Of a stretch of DNA of 20,000 nucleotides, positions 16,201-20,000 are shown piece after piece. Position numbers and translations under genes: made by a program. Position 1 is the first letter of the stretch, and the number at the start of each line of letters is the position of its first letter. The notes beneath the pieces are model-generated. The model did not search any database, was not told where the DNA came from, and saw only the letters and a list, made by a program, of their open reading frames with translations. The DNA comes from an uncultured virus (IMG/VR IMGVR_UViG_3300034374_006354) (lineage: Duplodnaviria > Heunggongvirae > Uroviricota > Caudoviricetes), in the IMG/VR virus record IMGVR_UViG_3300034374_006354. One strand, written 5' to 3'.

Positions 16201-16214
16201 TGATCACTCTAAAG
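16198..16214 (+). promoter_or_regulatory. Candidate phage-RNAP promoter AATTGATCACTCTAAAG
   Basis: Repeated motif immediately upstream of the HNH gene. Confidence 0.7.
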
Positions 16215-16229
16215 AACGAACAATAATAA

Positions 16230-16922
16230 GTGATTGATATGTATAAAGTATGTAAGACTTGTGACTTAACTAAACAGGAAAAAAGCTTTCACAAAAATAT
16301 TAAAGGAAGAGACGGTTTACGTAGCTCCTGTAAGGATTGTGAAAGAGAAAAGCGAAAAAGCAAACTACAGTTAGTAGAGAGAAAATGTAATACTTGTAAG
16401 AGAATAAAACCCCTAACAGAGGAATACTTTATATCTTGTGATTCTCCTTCTCACTTTAACTTTACGAGAAAATGTTTAGAGTGTATTAAAACATGTAACA
16501 GTTGTGGAATTAAAAAAGAGTTAAAAGATTTTCCTAAAAATAACTTTCATAAATCAGGATATGCTAACCGTTGCAAATCTTGTCAATTAGAATATCTAGA
16601 TAAATATGGTGCAAAGAAATCTACAGCTAAAAAGAGTAAATATAGAAGAGAACGCAATTCTCTATTTATCTCTAGGGTTAAGATGAGATTAGGCTGTCAA
16701 TGTTGTGGATATAAAGAGCATCCTTCTGCTTTAGATTTCGATCATATAGACCCTTCTACTAAGAACTCTAATGATTACTCCGCTATGAATAGTAATTGGA
16801 GTAGGAAAAGGATAAAAGAAGAGATGAGGAAATGTAGAGTATTGTGTGCTAATTGTCATCGTATTCACTCTCATGGACATCACTACTCTAAATACCCCGG
16901 TTTAAATACACCTACCATTTAA
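16230..16922 (+). CDS. HNH endonuclease with N-terminal Zn-finger repeats
   Basis: Three CxxC...K....F...CxxC repeats, then CQCCG...LDFDHIDP..K...EEMRKCRVLCANCHRIH. Start may be GTG 16230 or ATG 16239. Confidence 0.85.
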   Translation: MIDMYKVCKTCDLTKQEKSFHKNIKGRDGLRSSCKDCEREKRKSKLQLVERKCNTCKRIKPLTEEYFISCDSPSHFNFTRKCLECIKTCNSCGIKKELKDFPKNNFHKSGYANRCKSCQLEYLDKYGAKKSTAKKSKYRRERNSLFISRVKMRLGCQCCGYKEHPSALDFDHIDPSTKNSNDYSAMNSNWSRKRIKEEMRKCRVLCANCHRIHSHGHHYSKYPGLNTPTI

Positions 16923-16968
16923 GATCATTATGGACCACGTTAGAACCCCTTATAAATCAATAAGATAA

Positions 16969-16985
16969 AATTGATCACTCTATAG
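16969..16985 (+). promoter_or_regulatory. Candidate phage-RNAP promoter AATTGATCACTCTATAG
   Basis: Repeated motif ending CTATAG-G as in T7; followed by AT-rich tandem repeats. Confidence 0.7.
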
Positions 16986-17006
16986 GACTAGTCCCCGGGG
17001 GAACCT

Positions 17007-17117
17007 ATTAATATATCATTAATATATCATTAATGATCATTAATATTCATTAATATATCATATATGATCCTTCATTATTCCTTCATATATCCCTTCATTA
17101 TTCCTTCATTATTCCTT
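17007..17117. repeat. AT-rich tandem ~11-mers: (ATATATCATTA)n then (CCTTCATTATT)n
   Basis: Read directly: about five imperfect ATATATCATTA-type units followed by about four CCTTCATTATT-type units. Confidence 0.85.
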
Positions 17118-17231
17118 TAAGAATCCCTGGATGATCCTATAGGACTCTGTTAGTTAGGTTATCATTAATATAACCCTAATAAAGAAACCCCTTAATTAAC
17201 AAACAAAACAACAAACAAAAGAGTAATTAGT

Positions 17232-17588
17232 ATGTATAAATATATGACTATAGTCCTATTAGGGTTAATCCTAGTAGGGTGTGAGAAGATAGAGGTGGAA
17301 CCTGTTACCACTACAGTTAAAAAGAAACAGGAAGGATATGTTATACCAGATAGATTTAGTTGTGAGGCATATAGAGTAGATGAGGAGAATATAGAGAGAT
17401 CATGTGGGATGCATGATAGTAAAGGATGTGTATATATTAAGGAAAGTAGGAGTGTATATAAGGGTATAGATTTGGTAGAGGCACATAAGTATGATATGCC
17501 TCATATGACTATATTCTTTACTACTAGAGGTACTCTTAGACATGAGTTTGATCATATTACTGATGGTCCTAAACATGTAGGTGAGTAA
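17232..17588 (+). CDS. Lipoprotein with HExxH motif
   Basis: Signal peptide with lipobox LVG-C; LRHEFDH near the C-terminus. Confidence 0.7.
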   Translation: MYKYMTIVLLGLILVGCEKIEVEPVTTTVKKKQEGYVIPDRFSCEAYRVDEENIERSCGMHDSKGCVYIKESRSVYKGIDLVEAHKYDMPHMTIFFTTRGTLRHEFDHITDGPKHVGE

Positions 17589-17608
17589 AAAAAAAAGATA
17601 TATAAATG

Positions 17609-17670
17609 ACCCCCTATGACAATAGGTATAGACCCAATTAAGGGAATACCTAAGTCATAGGGGGTTTTTT
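17609..17670 (+). terminator. Intrinsic terminator between convergent gene blocks
   Basis: 12-bp stem ACCCCCTATGAC (17609-17620) / GTCATAGGGGGT (17654-17665), inner stem TAGGTAT/ATACCTA, T-run on +; the A-run near 17587-17596 suggests possible use on the - strand too. Confidence 0.75.
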
Positions 17671-17818
17671 ATTGATCTTCATCATAGGGATAGTCTATAG
17701 GAGTATCCTCTGATAATAGTAGATAAACTATCATAATACAGAGAACTATACCTGTTATGATTATAAATGCCATACCTAGTAAGGCTAGTATTGTTACTAT
17801 TGTTAATAGGGTATTCAT
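17669..17818 (-). CDS. Small membrane protein (49 aa)
   Basis: Not in the ORF track. MNTLLTIVTILALLGMAFIIITGIVLCIMIVYLLLSEDTPIDYPYDEDQ, GAGG RBS, ends at the terminator. Confidence 0.6.
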   Translation of the reverse strand: MNTLLTIVTILALLGMAFIIITGIVLCIMIVYLLLSEDTPIDYPYDEDQ

Positions 17819-17821
17819 AAA

Positions 17822-18145
17822 TTATTCCTCGTAAGAGACTACAATATACCTATATCCTTTGTAATATAGTTCTTTTGCAAGTTGATTAGAAGCTATTGTA
17901 AGGCCTCTGGCTTTACCGTCTAGGTGTACTTTGCCATACATAGTAACATGTAGTTTTATGGCATTAGGGTTCACTGATCTTTCTAGAAAGGTTACATGGA
18001 GTTTCTTTGCTGTATTAGGGATATCTAGAAGTTTTCTTACCCCTGCTTTACAAAGGGAAGCATAACCCGGACCATCAAACCAAGGTTCATACTTTTTATC
18101 GTAATGATTATAAGGTTTTTTAAAGGTGATTGTTTTAGATTTCAT
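17822..18145 (-). CDS. Hypothetical protein (basic)
   Basis: 107 aa, AGGAG RBS, ATGA-coupled to the upstream gene. Confidence 0.7.
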   Translation of the reverse strand: MKSKTITFKKPYNHYDKKYEPWFDGPGYASLCKAGVRKLLDIPNTAKKLHVTFLERSVNPNAIKLHVTMYGKVHLDGKARGLTIASNQLAKELYYKGYRYIVVSYEE

Positions 18146-18330
18146 AGAATTACATTTCTCCTTAATAATGTCCTCTCAAAATGAATCGAATCTCTATCTG
18201 TTTGAATACCGCAATAAATCAGGAAGCCTATAGCTAGTAACCATAGGGGGATGAAAACAATTACTCCTGTAAGAGGAAACAAGAAACATAGTCCTGTCAT
18301 CGCAATCCAAACTGATGCTCTAATACTCAT
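18142..18330 (-). CDS. Small membrane protein
   Basis: 62 aa, long hydrophobic stretch, overlaps both neighbours. Confidence 0.6.
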   Translation of the reverse strand: MSIRASVWIAMTGLCFLFPLTGVIVFIPLWLLAIGFLIYCGIQTDRDSIHFERTLLRRNVIL

Positions 18331-18535
18331 TCTTGTAAGCCCTTTGTTTATTAGCTATATGGTCGTTATGCTGCCTTTGTTTAAGATTATAAAGAGAGCC
18401 CATAACTGTTGCGATATTATTGAGCTCTAATCGTATACCCTCTAAAGCGTTAATTTTGTTTACTTGTAGAAATAAAAAGATAGCTATTTCAATTGAGATA
18501 AAAGCTAGCAATAATGTAATAAATCCCATAATCAT
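18320..18535 (-). CDS. Small single-TM protein
   Basis: 71 aa, GAGG RBS, N-terminal TM. Confidence 0.6.
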   Translation of the reverse strand: MIMGFITLLLAFISIEIAIFLFLQVNKINALEGIRLELNNIATVMGSLYNLKQRQHNDHIANKQRAYKNEY

Positions 18536-18547
18536 TTCCTCATATGT

Positions 18548-18808
18548 TTATGATTCATAATCTATTTCCCATTCAAAGACACCTTTAGCCTTTAACATAG
18601 GACCAGAACGTATATTAGCTGCTGCTAAATTAATTATCTCTCCTTCTGATTTATATGTACCATCCTCTAAGCATACCGCTCCATCTCCACTTTTCATATA
18701 GGGAGTACAAGCTGCTCCCCATGTAAACACTTCTCCTTTCTTTAAATTTCTGAGGAATGCATTAATGCTTTGACTTTTCTTAACAGTTTCTTTCTTTATA
18801 CAGATCAT
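18548..18808 (-). CDS. Hypothetical protein
   Basis: 86 aa in a packed minus-strand run. Confidence 0.65.
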   Translation of the reverse strand: MICIKKETVKKSQSINAFLRNLKKGEVFTWGAACTPYMKSGDGAVCLEDGTYKSEGEIINLAAANIRSGPMLKAKGVFEWEIDYES

Positions 18809-18829
18809 ATTATATTCCCTTTATAAGAG

Positions 18830-19072
18830 TTATAGAAGAGTCCTCATAGAATCTCTTGCCAACATTTCCTCCATAGTAGCTACAACCTTCTTCATGTTAT
18901 CTAGGGCATTACCTAGAGCCTCCATATTATCTACACCTACTGAGAGCTCGATAGACCCTTCTAAATCTAGAGGATGATTAGCTAGCCTAATTGTAACCTC
19001 TTTTGTTTCCTTATCCTCACAGACCAGTAGATGCCCTTGAGGTTGCTTAATTGTGTTACTTTGTTCTTCCAT
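18830..19072 (-). CDS. Hypothetical protein
   Basis: 80 aa, AGGA RBS, starts 1 nt after the upstream stop. Confidence 0.65.
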   Translation of the reverse strand: MEEQSNTIKQPQGHLLVCEDKETKEVTIRLANHPLDLEGSIELSVGVDNMEALGNALDNMKKVVATMEEMLARDSMRTLL

Positions 19073-19073
19073 A

Positions 19074-19310
19074 TTATCCTACCTTTGATTTATCACTACA
19101 CCATGTATTAACTGCTTCCATCCACTCTTCATCCCCTAGGGTACAGGAATACATTAATTTATTACCGTTTACATCTACACCATCATTAGCTATATCACAT
19201 AAGAGATAGTGAGCTCTCTCTAAGAGTTCCTCATACTCTTTCATTTTATTGACCATATAGAGAGGATCTACTGAGGTTCTCATTAGGTCTTCATACTCAT
19301 CATCTATCAT
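19074..19310 (-). CDS. Hypothetical acidic protein
   Basis: Start moved to ATG 19310 (MIDDEYED), which has a GGAG RBS and a short overlap with the upstream gene. Confidence 0.6.
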   Translation of the reverse strand: MIDDEYEDLMRTSVDPLYMVNKMKEYEELLERAHYLLCDIANDGVDVNGNKLMYSCTLGDEEWMEAVNTWCSDKSKVG

Positions 19311-19689
19311 TATCTTTCTCCAGTTCCTCCAGCAGTGCGTCAGCGCCTTTAACGGCCCCTGCATAGGTCATGCCTTGATGGGCTACCAAGGTTTTTGATA
19401 TCTCGTACCGCCACCACTCACGGGTCTGGCCTGTTTTGGAGAGGATGGGGTCATTGGTCGCCACACCTTTACCAACCAGTTTTCCACTTGCGTTGAGCGC
19501 CTGTTGCAGCGCATCTTGTTCGTGACCTGATAGCTGTTCAGGCATGTCCGGTTCAATGTCCGGTTCAATGTCCGGTTTGTCTGCCTGCTCGTCTGTCCAG
19601 TTATAATCAAATGCGTTTCTGTGCAGTCCACTATGGAACTGTCCTCGCACACACTGAAAACCCTTAAGTCTCGATTCACACTGGCTCAT
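19300..19689 (-). CDS. Hypothetical protein with N-terminal C..C...H.G.H Zn-ribbon-like motif and PDIE repeats
   Basis: 129 aa, GGAGG RBS, ATGA-coupled; 12-bp coding repeat at 19544-19577. Confidence 0.65.
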   Translation of the reverse strand: MSQCESRLKGFQCVRGQFHSGLHRNAFDYNWTDEQADKPDIEPDIEPDMPEQLSGHEQDALQQALNASGKLVGKGVATNDPILSKTGQTREWWRYEISKTLVAHQGMTYAGAVKGADALLEELEKDNDR

Positions 19690-19907
19690 TGCTCATCCTC
19701 CAGACGTGACACACGCGGGTCATGTTCTGGATACCAGCAGAGCGTTCCGCTGATTGCCCAATCGTAGGCTTCCATCGCTTCGCGCAACTGGTTGTCATCG
19801 GTGTAGATCGCCACGTAATCAAGGTGACTATCCTCAAACGCCTCGCCGCAGTGATTGCACATTGCTTCGTAGACTGTGATCTGTTTTTCGTTAATGGCCA
19901 TGATCAT
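19686..19907 (-). CDS. Small Zn-binding hypothetical protein (CNHC...C..P.H)
   Basis: 73 aa, GGAG RBS. Confidence 0.65.
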   Translation of the reverse strand: MIMAINEKQITVYEAMCNHCGEAFEDSHLDYVAIYTDDNQLREAMEAYDWAISGTLCWYPEHDPRVSRLEDEQ

Positions 19908-20000
19908 CTTTCTCCGCTTTGGCTAAGGCTTCTTCGACTTTTTGCGCTATTACGCCTAACCCATTAACCCGCAAGGCTCCTGATGTGTCTTTCAGCAACT
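19891..20000 (-). CDS. 3' end of a hypothetical protein (partial)
   Basis: Open frame ...LLKDTSGALRVNGLGVIAQKVEEALAKAEKDDHGH-stop entering from the window edge. Confidence 0.5.
   Translation of the reverse strand, partial: LLKDTSGALRVNGLGVIAQKVEEALAKAEKDDHGH

Noticed and set aside
13780..16969. Invertible segment bounded by the inverted elements
   Set aside because: The copies are too diverged and no recombinase is present in the window.
17670..17689. TATTGATCTTCATCATAGGG promoter-like string
   Set aside because: Poor match and spacing; lies after the terminator and antisense to a small gene.
19544..19577. 12-bp tandem repeat ATGTCCGGTTCA
   Set aside because: In-frame coding repeat (PDIE-PDIE-PDM) in a linker; no sign of another role.
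19383..19967. Alternate ORFs 19383-19679 (-) and 19722-19967 (+)
   Set aside because: They overlap better-supported coupled genes that have RBSs.

Overview
Fragment of a tailed dsDNA phage genome (siphovirus-like head module). From 14.15 kb down to base 1, one minus-strand operon encodes: Zn-finger protein, TM/GAF-like protein, 3-TM holin, HNH-like nuclease, PhoH, GIY-YIG nuclease, terminase large subunit, portal, two small proteins, a 1483-aa protein, scaffold, major capsid protein, head-tail adaptor, head-closure protein and the start of a probable tail terminator. The 1483-aa protein sits in the minor-head-protein slot and fuses a MuF/SPP1-gp7 head morphogenesis domain to a T7-type single-subunit RNA polymerase with the catalytic motifs present, suggesting a virion-delivered RNAP. 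A 17-bp T7/T3/SP6-like promoter motif (AATTGATCACnnTAwAG) occurs five times, plus two degenerate copies, only between 13.7 and 17.0 kb and divergently oriented. Two of these copies head diverged inverted-repeat elements that flank a repeat-rich segment resembling a genome terminus or origin. The region 14.4-17.6 kb carries plus-strand small exported proteins, an HNH nuclease and a HExxH lipoprotein; 17.7-20 kb carries convergent small hypothetical genes. All calls are from motif recognition by eye; no database searches were run.
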